From NCBI GenBank assembly GCA_963739305.1, contig CAVTZU010000016.1:1-61312 (forward strand): a stretch of 61,312 nucleotides of DNA. Direction: 5' to 3'. Below are positions 1-7,775 of the stretch, in pieces (positions within the stretch are counted from its first letter, which is position 1; each line of letters begins with the position of its first letter). Below the pieces are notes generated by a model that was not told the origin of the DNA, ran no database searches, and saw only the letters and a program-made list of their open reading frames with translations. Both the position numbers and the translations under genes were made by a program. This DNA comes from Candidatus Bathyarchaeota archaeon. GTDB taxonomy: Archaea > Thermoproteota > Bathyarchaeia > Bathyarchaeales > Bathycorpusculaceae.

Positions 1-179
1 AGACCGTGCCGACGAGCATCATCGCGGGGATGTTCAACTTCCGGGCCAGGGAGTACTTCCAGACCGAGGACGCGGCCCGGGAGGCGCCCCGCGTGCAGTT
101 CACGGCACCGCCGGCTGCTTCGCCGCCCCCGGCGACGCCGGAGTCGCCGGCCGCCCCGCCGCCGGCCCAGTCGAGCTGA
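1..179 (+). CDS. lemA: LemA family protein, C-terminal fragment (gene starts before the window)
   Basis: Frame from base 3 reads TVPTSIIAGMFNFRAREYFQTEDAAREAPRVQF plus a Pro/Ala tail, ending at TGA 177-179. This matches the LemA C-terminal pattern (P..IIA.MF.F...EYF.....P.V.F). lemA next to DUF2207 is a common bacterial gene pair. Confidence 0.8.
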   Translation, partial: TVPTSIIAGMFNFRAREYFQTEDAAREAPRVQFTAPPAASPPPATPESPAAPPPAQSS

Positions 180-1410
180 CCGGCCTGCGGAGAGCAGTCG
201 CGCTGGCGGGCGCGCTCGCCGCGCTTGCCTTGCTCGTGCCGGTCGCCGCGGGGGCGTACGGCCTGCCGAACGCAGACATCGCCGTCCAGGTCGCCCCGGA
301 CGGCTCGTTGCTCGTCAGCGAGCACATCACGATCGACGGAGCGTTCCACGGCGCCTACCGGGACGTCCCGCTGCGGAGCGGCGAGTCGATCGACCGCATC
401 GCGGTCAGCGAGCAGGGCACGGCGTACACGCGCGGAGGCAGCACCGAGCTCGGCAGCATCGACACGCCCGGGACGTACAACTACGAGTCGAGCAGCAAGC
501 GCGTCCGGATCGTCTGGCACTTCCAGGCGGCCGGCGAAGCTCGGACGTACACGGTCTCGTACCGCTTTCGCGGGCTCGCCGTCGCCTACGACGACGTCGT
601 CGACGTGAACCTGAAGGTCTGGGGCGCCAACTGGGCCGCGCCGCTCGGGAACCTGACGGCGTCGCTCACGCTCCCCCACGCCGCCCCGCTCGACGCGAGC
701 TACCTCGTGTACGGGCATCCGGTGTTCGTGAACGGCATCGTCTCGCGCACGCCACAGGTTGCGAACCTGCGCGCGGTCAACGTCCCGAGCCACCAGTTCG
801 TCGAGCTTCGAGTCGTCTTCCCGCGCGACCTGCTCAGCTCGACCGCCGGAGCGAAGGTGCAGCCGGGCCTCGGGCTCGCCCGGATCGTCAAGGCGGAGGC
901 CGACGACCGGGCGAGCTACCAGCGTGACCACGACCGGATCGAGAACGCAAAGCGCCACATCGGCCGCATGCTCCTCTACCTGCTCCTGATCGGGGTCGGG
1001 CCCGCCCTCGCGATCATGCTGCTCGTTTGGCTCCTCTTCGGCCGCGAGCGCAAGACGGGTACGACCGCGAGTACGAGCAGCAGCCGCCCGCCGACACGGA
1101 GCCGGCGCTCGTGCCCGCCCTGCTCCGCCAGGACAAGACCGCCGGCTCGCAGGAGTTCACGGCAACGCTCTTCGACCTGATCCGCCGCGGCCGCTACAAG
1201 TCGGCGCCCGTCAACACCGAGAAGAAGCTCTGGGGCGGGATCCGCCACGAGACGGTGGCCGACCTGCTGGTCAGTCCGGGCGACACGAACGTCAAGCTGG
1301 CCGCCTTCGAGCAGCCGATCGCCGACGTGGTCGACTCGGTCGTCGATGCCGACGGAGAGCGCCTGAGCGCGATGATTCGGCCAAACGCATATATCTTTCC
1401 GTTCGTCTAG
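176..1410 (+). pseudogene. DUF2207 family membrane protein, frameshifted near 1059 and truncated at the junction near 1375
   Basis: ORF 230-1180 has a signal-like N-terminus, DGSLLVSEHIT, a VRIVWHF...YTVSY...NLKVWG domain and a TM helix. It continues in ORF 1027-1410 (GYDREYEQQPP...PALVPALL...FTATLFDLIRRG). The frame is open back to CTG 176. The C-terminal half of the family is missing. Confidence 0.75.
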
Positions 1411-1441
1411 ACACCTTACGCCAAGTTTGTAAGGCGAAATC

Positions 1442-2350
1442 ATGAGTCTTGCAGAGAAGATATTGAGACTGAAAAAAGAGAAAAAAGCTGTTGTGCTGGC
1501 TCACAATTATCAGAGGCCTGAGATTCAAGACATAGCGGACTACGTTGGAGACAGCATAGAGCTCAGCAGAAAAGCGATGGAAGAAAAAGACGCCAAAATA
1601 ATTGTTTTCTCAGCCGTCGACTTTATGGCTGAATCCGCTGCAATACTGAACCCTGAAAAGAAAGTGCTCTTGCCCACGCCCGGTGCACGGTGCCCGATGG
1701 CTCAGATGCTCACGGTGGAAGAGATAAAGCGGGCCAAATCAAAGCATCCAAAGACCCCAGTGGTTCTGTACGTTAACACACTGGCTTCTGCAAAAGCCGA
1801 ATGCGACGTGTGCTGCACTTCAGCAAACGCAAAGGAAATTGTCTCATCATTGGAAGCGGACACTGTCTTGTTCGGACCAGACCGCAACCTAGGTGAATAC
1901 GTTCACAGGAAAACAGGCAAAACCGTGATTCCCATCCCAGAATGGGGCTTCTGTCCAACTCACGTGCTGTTTCAGCCTGAAGACATCCAAGTATTGAAGT
2001 TGGCGAACACTGGCGCAGCTGTTATGGTTCATCCTGAGTGCACCTTTGAGACGCAGAAGACGGCGAATTTCGTCGGGAGCACATCTCAGATGTGCAGGTA
2101 TGCAAAAGAGAGTTCAGCCCGAACGTTCATCGTTGGAACCGAGATGGGCATCCTGCACAGACTAAGGAAAGAGAACCCGTCGAAGCAATTCTTTTTGGCT
2201 TACGACGGTGCGGTCTGCCCCAACATGAAACTGAACACACTTGAGAGAGTGTACGCTTCTTTGAAGGAAGAAAAACACGTTGTGACTGTGCCCAAAAAAG
2301 TTGCGAAGCAGGCGAGAAAGGCGCTGGACAGAATGTTCGAAATGACATAG
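1442..2350 (+). CDS. nadA: Quinolinate synthase
   Basis: Motifs LAHNYQ, GDS, FMAESA, CPMA, LYVNT, CCTSANA, FGPDRNLG, CPTH, HPEC, GSTS, GTE and CPNM; the three Fe-S cysteines are present. Confidence 0.97.
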   Translation: MSLAEKILRLKKEKKAVVLAHNYQRPEIQDIADYVGDSIELSRKAMEEKDAKIIVFSAVDFMAESAAILNPEKKVLLPTPGARCPMAQMLTVEEIKRAKSKHPKTPVVLYVNTLASAKAECDVCCTSANAKEIVSSLEADTVLFGPDRNLGEYVHRKTGKTVIPIPEWGFCPTHVLFQPEDIQVLKLANTGAAVMVHPECTFETQKTANFVGSTSQMCRYAKESSARTFIVGTEMGILHRLRKENPSKQFFLAYDGAVCPNMKLNTLERVYASLKEEKHVVTVPKKVAKQARKALDRMFEMT

Positions 2351-2403
2351 TTAAGACCACTCATTTCTCATAAGATGGAACGTCGCACGAGGATGTAAGA
2401 AAA

Positions 2404-2846
2404 ATGTCGGCGCAGAAGAAACTTGAATCGACGATTCGTCGCAGCGTAAGAGTTTCACGGTCACTTGGGTGCCTTTCTTGTCGTCGGAGTTAGAATGGGA
2501 ACCCTTGCCAAAAGACATCTGAAAGATGAGCTGAAGGATAAGCTCAGTTTGCGCGCAACGTTGAATGTTCCTTTTCGCGTGCCATTCTCATGCACGATTG
2601 ACGGTGTTCAAATGACGACGGGTTGCACGGTTGGAAACCGGAGGCTTTCACTGGAGAATTCAAAGGGAGAAATCTGTGGGAACCTTCGTTGCGGATGGTT
2701 CACGCGAGACATTGAAGGTGCGCGTAAAGCCGGAGATCGTTAAGGGTTTGATAAGAAAAAGAACCAATCGGATTTCTAACGAAGAGCTCGCTGCCCAGGT
2801 TTCGCGAATGTCTGACGATCAGCTTTTCACTGTTGGCAGGCGGTGA
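2404..2846 (+). CDS. fmdE: FmdE family protein (formylmethanofuran dehydrogenase subunit E-like), frameshifted
   Basis: FHGHLGAFLVVGVRMG and SCTIDGVQMTTGCTVGN are FmdE motifs. The gene is split over ATG 2404, ORF 2465-2743 and ORF 2631-2846. Confidence 0.75.
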
Positions 2847-3747
2847 GACGTTGCGGGAGCAAAGGTTTCAAGTTGGAAGAGAAGACGTGGAGGTCGCGAA
2901 GAGCCTTCTGCTGAACCGGAAGCTGACCTTATGCGTAGTAAAGCACGGCGAGATTCTTTTCGAGTCAAGACTGCAGGGTGTCGTATCCTTCTTAGAGGCT
3001 GTCAAGAAGATCGGCAACAAGCTTGAAGGCGCGTCGGTTGCGGACAAGGTTGTGGGAAGAGCCGTTGCTTTACTTTGCGTCCATTCCAAGATTAGATATG
3101 TCTTCGCAGGCACTCTGAGCAAGGAAGCGAAGACCGTGCTTGAAAACCACTCAATATCGTTTGAGTCGGACGAAGTTGTTGATAACATACTTAACGTCTC
3201 GAGGAAGGGCATTTGCCCGTTTGAACTGCTCGTAAAGGACGTTTCGGACTCAGATGAAGCGTACAGAAGACTTGTGAATGCCTGTGATTCCAAGAAGCCG
3301 TTGGAACTCATGGAGGTTGAGGAAATTGTTGGAGAACACGAACGACTTATATCAGAGGATAACGAAGAACTGAAGAGTATAAGAGAAAAGAAGTTGACGG
3401 ATCTTAAGGCGAGAAGACACATGAGTTGCGAACCCGTTCACGTCACCGACGCAGATTTTGACGAAACAGTGAAGAAGCATCCGTTGGCCCTGATTGATTT
3501 CTGGGCTGCCTGGTGCGGACCCTGCCGGTCTCTGGCTCCGACGATCGAGGAGTTGAGCAGAGATTACGCTGGGAAAGTGTTGGTTGGAAAACTGGATGTC
3601 GACGAGAACCCCGCGAAAGCGGAGTGCTTCCAGGTTTTCAGCATTCCGACCGTGCTGATAATGAAGAACGGGCAGGAAGTGGAGCGCATAGTCGGATGTG
3701 TTCCAAAGAAACAGATTGAGGCTGCTTTGAAAAAACACATGGTGTAG
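2833..3747 (+). CDS. DUF1893 domain fused to a C-terminal thioredoxin
   Basis: N-half has ASVADKVVGRAVALL...LS..A...L...I.N....ICPFE (DUF1893 pattern). C-half has LIDFWAAWCGPCRSLAP and SIPT (thioredoxin). The true start may be a few codons downstream. Confidence 0.85.
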   Translation: MAGGETLREQRFQVGREDVEVAKSLLLNRKLTLCVVKHGEILFESRLQGVVSFLEAVKKIGNKLEGASVADKVVGRAVALLCVHSKIRYVFAGTLSKEAKTVLENHSISFESDEVVDNILNVSRKGICPFELLVKDVSDSDEAYRRLVNACDSKKPLELMEVEEIVGEHERLISEDNEELKSIREKKLTDLKARRHMSCEPVHVTDADFDETVKKHPLALIDFWAAWCGPCRSLAPTIEELSRDYAGKVLVGKLDVDENPAKAECFQVFSIPTVLIMKNGQEVERIVGCVPKKQIEAALKKHMV

Positions 3748-3755
3748 AGAGCTGA

Positions 3756-3884
3756 ATGGACACTCAACAGCGTAGAATGATCGGTGCTCTTCTGCTTTTG
3801 CTAGGCGTTTCGTTCTTGGCGGTCGGAATTTACACTGGACAGTTGAACACCATTGTGGATCTTCTGAAGAAGGTTTTCCCTTAA
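3756..3884 (+). CDS. Small membrane protein (42 aa, below the ORF-track cutoff)
   Basis: MDTQQRRMIGALLLLLGVSFLAVGIYTGQLNTIVDLLKKVFP*, one hydrophobic helix, 8 nt after the thioredoxin stop. Confidence 0.55.
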   Translation: MDTQQRRMIGALLLLLGVSFLAVGIYTGQLNTIVDLLKKVFP

Positions 3885-3948
3885 CTCTGAAGGGCTGAGG
3901 ATTCTTGAGGCAAACTGGCTATCCGTTGCTTCAAGGGTTGTCTGAAAA

Positions 3949-4527
3949 GTGGTGGTAGAGACGAGTCCGCCTAAAATTGAAGGAAAAAAAGCGGAGAGGG
4001 AAGCAATTCTGGAAGCTGCAAAGCTGATGGTCGTTGCTGCCCGAACCGCTCCTAAGACGGCAGGGATTGATGATGTATTATCGTTGATCATCTATGGTCC
4101 TGAGAAGGATGTTGTTGCTGAGAAGATGGAGGAAATTGCGGCAGAGAGAGGAATCGAGGGGTTCAGACGGGACGCCAAAAACGTCCGAGATTCTGATGCG
4201 GTCATTCTTGTCGGCGTCAGAGCGAGTCGAAGCGTCGGACTGAACTGCGGGGGTTGCGGGTTTAAAGACTGCAAGGCGTTTGACGGAGCTGAGAAGGTGC
4301 TTGGTAGAGATTTTGTCGGTCCTGCGTGCATTTTTAAGTCGCTGGATCTTGGCATAGCTTTGGGGTCGGCAGTCAAAGTCGCCGGAATCCTGAATGTCGA
4401 TAACCGAATTATGTATCGGGTTGGCACGGCAGCAGTCAAACTGAAGTTGCTCCCCGAAGCTACCATAATAATGGGGATTCCAGTTTCTGCGCGCGGCAAA
4501 AGCATCTATTTTGATCGTGTCAAGTAG
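3949..4527 (+). CDS. DUF2148 family ferredoxin-domain protein
   Basis: AARTAPK.AG.D, RDA.NV, LNCGGCGF.DC, DLGIALGSA, VDNRIMYRVG and KSIYFDR. Confidence 0.88.
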   Translation: MVVETSPPKIEGKKAEREAILEAAKLMVVAARTAPKTAGIDDVLSLIIYGPEKDVVAEKMEEIAAERGIEGFRRDAKNVRDSDAVILVGVRASRSVGLNCGGCGFKDCKAFDGAEKVLGRDFVGPACIFKSLDLGIALGSAVKVAGILNVDNRIMYRVGTAAVKLKLLPEATIIMGIPVSARGKSIYFDRVK

Positions 4528-4530
4528 TCC

Positions 4531-5130
4531 TTAACTCGTCGGACTCGTTTTTTCGCGCATTTTTTCAAGAGTCCAGCGGATGCTAGAGCTCAGTTCTCTG
4601 AGTCGATCTGAGTCAAAGTTTCTGATCAAGATCTCACGTACGACATCGCCGTCTCTTATGATGTCGAAGCAAAGGATTCTGTCAGGGTCCAGCTGGCCGT
4701 TCCGAACCAGTTCGCTATCTCTTTCTTGCATTTTCAGCAGAACTCTTTGGACGAGGAATTGATTGAAGGGTGGAGTATTGATTTTGAAAGCTTTGTCTTC
4801 TGCGAGAACGACGTGCAAAACGTCGCCCTCAACGTACAGTTGTGCAAGGGTTTCTCCTGACCCCGACTTCAGCGTTCGTGCGCCTTCCGGTTCAAAGGGC
4901 GCAGCGGTTTCTTTGGGCTCAACCTCGGGTATCCTTTCCTTCGGCGCATGTTCGGATGGCAGGTTAACCTTAATCTCTGGGTGCTTGAACCCCTTTTCCA
5001 AGAGGACGGCGTTTACCAGTTCGAGTGCAGTTTGTTGCTCCTTCAATTCCGCTTCGAGATCTTCGATCCTAGTTTCGATCTTTTTCTTGAAATCGATAAG
5101 TCGTCTTGTCTTTTCTGCTTCTTCAGACAT
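4531..5130 (-). CDS. Hypothetical protein with N-terminal coiled coil
   Basis: 199-aa ORF; heptad-rich N-terminus; PPFNQFLVQRVL and SSIRWTLEKM C-terminal motifs; fits tightly between neighbours. Confidence 0.75.
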   Translation of the reverse strand: MSEEAEKTRRLIDFKKKIETRIEDLEAELKEQQTALELVNAVLLEKGFKHPEIKVNLPSEHAPKERIPEVEPKETAAPFEPEGARTLKSGSGETLAQLYVEGDVLHVVLAEDKAFKINTPPFNQFLVQRVLLKMQERDSELVRNGQLDPDRILCFDIIRDGDVVREILIRNFDSDRLRELSSSIRWTLEKMREKTSPTS

Positions 5131-5189
5131 TCACTTCACAGTAGAGACTGTGCGCGCATTCCCTTATCAAGTCTTTGAAGGTGCGGGGT

Positions 5190-5687
5190 TCAGGCGATGG
5201 TTTGAGTCGGATACGTGCCTACGTTAACGTCTTGAGCGGAGAGAATTGCAATGGGTTTTACTTTCACGTTGAGTTCGGTCTGCAAGAAGTTCTCAAATTC
5301 GTGAAACACGGAGCTGTCGGTGTTGTTCAGTTTGACACAAAGGTTCTTGCTTCCAGTAACCTGGCTCAGGTCATAGAGAGCAATTCTCTTGGAATAGTCC
5401 GGGTTTTCACGCACCGTTTTGATCAGACACTTCGGCGGAGTCTCGAGGAAGAGCCATGCGGTGTATGCGGCTTCTTCGGTCCGATAAGACAAGCCTTCTC
5501 GAACAACGCATTTCTTCTCCGCAACTATTCTTCTGAATGATTCTGGGCTGACCTCTCTTGCCCACAGAAAATTATGGTAGCCGTCGTCTGCTCCTATCCA
5601 GTCGTAGTTTTGAGACGTCTTCCAGCCTTGTCTGTTGCAGAAACGCTTGAATTTTCCGATGATTTCCGAAATCCTTGAGATTTTCAT
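5190..5687 (-). CDS. Hypothetical protein
   Basis: ORF 5190-5729 with likely start ATG 5687; TTAAAT TATA-like element on the minus strand at about 5753-5758. Confidence 0.65.
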   Translation of the reverse strand: MKISRISEIIGKFKRFCNRQGWKTSQNYDWIGADDGYHNFLWAREVSPESFRRIVAEKKCVVREGLSYRTEEAAYTAWLFLETPPKCLIKTVRENPDYSKRIALYDLSQVTGSKNLCVKLNNTDSSVFHEFENFLQTELNVKVKPIAILSAQDVNVGTYPTQTIA

Positions 5688-5720
5688 ACTCTCGTCAAAC
5701 CCTTTGTTAGTCAGAATGTT

Positions 5721-5737
5721 ATAGAACAAAGTTCTAT
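5721..5737. promoter_or_regulatory. Palindromic operator-like site ATAGAAC-AAA-GTTCTAT
   Basis: Perfect 7-bp arms around AAA; identical copy at 59408-59424; lies in the divergent region before the Lrp/AsnC gene. Confidence 0.55.
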
Positions 5738-5956
5738 TAGGTCAACCGCAGATTTAAGCATTTTGCACTGAATTCCCGAAGGATTTAGACATGTTGTAAT
5801 AAAGTACCTGATGATTGTGTCAGTTCTATCCATTTCTCCGACGGATTTTCGGCATGTTTACTGCCGTCATCGCGAGTCAAAACTGGCCTCGGAAGGTTGA
5901 ATGACAAATGATAAATCCATAGGCAATTCTTAGATAGCCCAAAGAGTGGGGTAATT

Positions 5957-6457
5957 TTGAAGGTTAAGAACAACGAGGTGTCTTTGGATCGAGTCGACCT
6001 GGAGATACTCAAAGCTTTACAGGAGGATTCACAACAGACTTACACTACGATAGGTAAGCGTCTCCACCTTGCGCACTCGACGGTTTATGACAGAGTGAAG
6101 AAGATGGAAAATGCGAAGATAATAAACGGGTACACTGCGCTCGTTGACCCGGAGAAAGCAGGGATCCGAAACATTCTTGCAATTGTCACCGTCTACACGG
6201 ACCCTAAGGAAACAGGTCGAGTTGCTGAGAAACTGGCACAGCGTGCAGAGGTTCTCGAAGCTTACACCTCGTTTTCGGATGAGCTCCTGATAGTGACTAA
6301 GGTTGTGGCACAGAGTCAGGAGGATTTGCACGAGTTTATCGCGAATTCAGTTGCTCCTATGAATGGTGTGTTAAGGATTCGAACATCGATCGTTACGAAG
6401 AAACTTAAGGAAACCCATTTTTCCATCATGAATTATACGGCTCAGTTACACTTATAA
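5957..6457 (+). CDS. Lrp/AsnC family transcriptional regulator
   Basis: LDRVDLEILKALQED, HTH (YTTIGKRLHLAHSTVYDRVKKME), IINGYTALVDPEKAG and a C-terminal RAM domain ending GVLRIRTSIV. Confidence 0.93.
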   Translation: MKVKNNEVSLDRVDLEILKALQEDSQQTYTTIGKRLHLAHSTVYDRVKKMENAKIINGYTALVDPEKAGIRNILAIVTVYTDPKETGRVAEKLAQRAEVLEAYTSFSDELLIVTKVVAQSQEDLHEFIANSVAPMNGVLRIRTSIVTKKLKETHFSIMNYTAQLHL

Positions 6458-6491
6458 ATCGAGGGACGGAATATAGAATAAAAGAAGGATT

Positions 6492-6833
6492 ATGATGGCA
6501 GAAAATAGTTCAAGAATTCTGAGAACGGTGCCACGTGAGAAAGCGTTCTATTTTTTCACTTCCCTTGGGAACTACACGGGTTTAAGCGCGATTTCCCTCA
6601 AGGAATTTGCGGATAGGATAAATGAGGTCAATGTCAAATCTCTCGAGTTTCATCTTAATCGTGGAGACTTTGAGAAATGGACAGCGGAAGTTTTGGAGGA
6701 TCAGTGGCTTGCAGGGGAAGTCAAGAGAATTCAGAGGTCGGGTTTGACGGGTGAGGCGCTTCGTAACCAGTTGGTTTTAACTGTGTCACGTCGATTGAAA
6801 AGGTTGATGAACCCGGGCTCATTCCGTTTCTAG
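6492..6833 (+). CDS. DUF5752-like protein
   Basis: VPREKAFYF...G..A.SL.EF...I..V...SLEFH..RGDF.KW...VL.D pattern. Confidence 0.7.
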   Translation: MMAENSSRILRTVPREKAFYFFTSLGNYTGLSAISLKEFADRINEVNVKSLEFHLNRGDFEKWTAEVLEDQWLAGEVKRIQRSGLTGEALRNQLVLTVSRRLKRLMNPGSFRF

Positions 6834-7730
6834 TCGTTTGCCGCTCTTATTGAGGACTCTTACGGTTACCATGACGTTGGTTGAAGAGTTCTCAGTCTGT
6901 CGGTAGTCCGGGATCAGATAGTTTGAAACTGCAGAGTTGTGCGGAGAGTACCCGAGTTGTGTCCGGCCGAAATCGGGCGAGGATACGGGGGGTATTTTGC
7001 TGACTGCTTGGGCGATTGTGTTGTTCTCGTTGATTAGGTGTTGAAGAAGAAGCTCGGCCGCTCCGTCGTTGTCGGATGAACTGACCCAGTTGTCCCAGCT
7101 TATGATGACCTTAGCGCCTTTTTCCTCGAAGGCTTGGGCTGTTTTGAGGTATCCGGGGTTCAGTCCGTTGCAGCTCATGAGGAATATCACTGTATCCTGG
7201 AATCTTCCATTCATGACTTGACTGATGAATGTGGGCGTGATTCCGAAGTATAGGTTCTGATCGCCTGTTATGTTGCAGAGTGTGAGGCGGTCGCTGTCGA
7301 GGTAGTCATCGTAGTTTATGGAGCCGTATTTGTTTGTTGCGGATAGTGCTATGTAGTTGGCGCTTAGGTCGAGGGCTGAGTGGCCTCTCCACAGGATCAT
7401 TCCGTAGCCTCTGGAAGCCAGAGCTGCGTACTGCTCCACTGTCGCGTTGTCCGAATAGTAGTCGACTGTGTCGAAACGCTGGTGCAGCATGTTCGTGGCT
7501 GCCTCGATGAACGTTTGGTTTTCTTCTCGAATTCCCACTCCCAGACTTGCGCTGCCCAGTTGGTCTACTATAGCGGCTTTAGGCGGTGTTGACTTCGTGA
7601 GCGAAGCCGAATAGAAATAAACAGTTGCTATGAGGATTATGCTCGTTGCCAAAACGGCATAGATAACCCTTCGACTGCGTTTACCAGCTTCAGGTTGGTT
7701 CCTGTTCTTTCTACTCATGTCTTGAGGCAC
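6819..7730 (-). CDS. Membrane-anchored exported protein, possible clan CD (caspase/gingipain-like) fold
   Basis: N-terminal TM helix; KAAIVDQL, MILWRGHS, VIFLMSCNG and AFEEKGAKVIISW. Confidence 0.6.
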   Translation of the reverse strand: MPQDMSRKNRNQPEAGKRSRRVIYAVLATSIILIATVYFYSASLTKSTPPKAAIVDQLGSASLGVGIREENQTFIEAATNMLHQRFDTVDYYSDNATVEQYAALASRGYGMILWRGHSALDLSANYIALSATNKYGSINYDDYLDSDRLTLCNITGDQNLYFGITPTFISQVMNGRFQDTVIFLMSCNGLNPGYLKTAQAFEEKGAKVIISWDNWVSSSDNDGAAELLLQHLINENNTIAQAVSKIPPVSSPDFGRTQLGYSPHNSAVSNYLIPDYRQTENSSTNVMVTVRVLNKSGKRLETE

Positions 7731-7775
7731 CGAGCACAGCTAGACTTTTTCAATGAAAACATAATGAAGATGGTT

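Noticed and set aside
1340-1441. Junction as a mobile-element boundary or integration site
   Set aside because: No terminal inverted repeat, target duplication, transposase, integrase or tRNA was seen.
225-1528. Alternative ORFs 225-608, 759-989, 976-1443 and 1292-1528
   Set aside because: Off-frame or antisense products of high-GC coding DNA and of the junction.
2404-2846. fmdE-like gene as evidence of methanogenesis
   Set aside because: FmdE-family proteins are widespread outside methanogens, and no other fmd/fwd or mcr genes are in the window.
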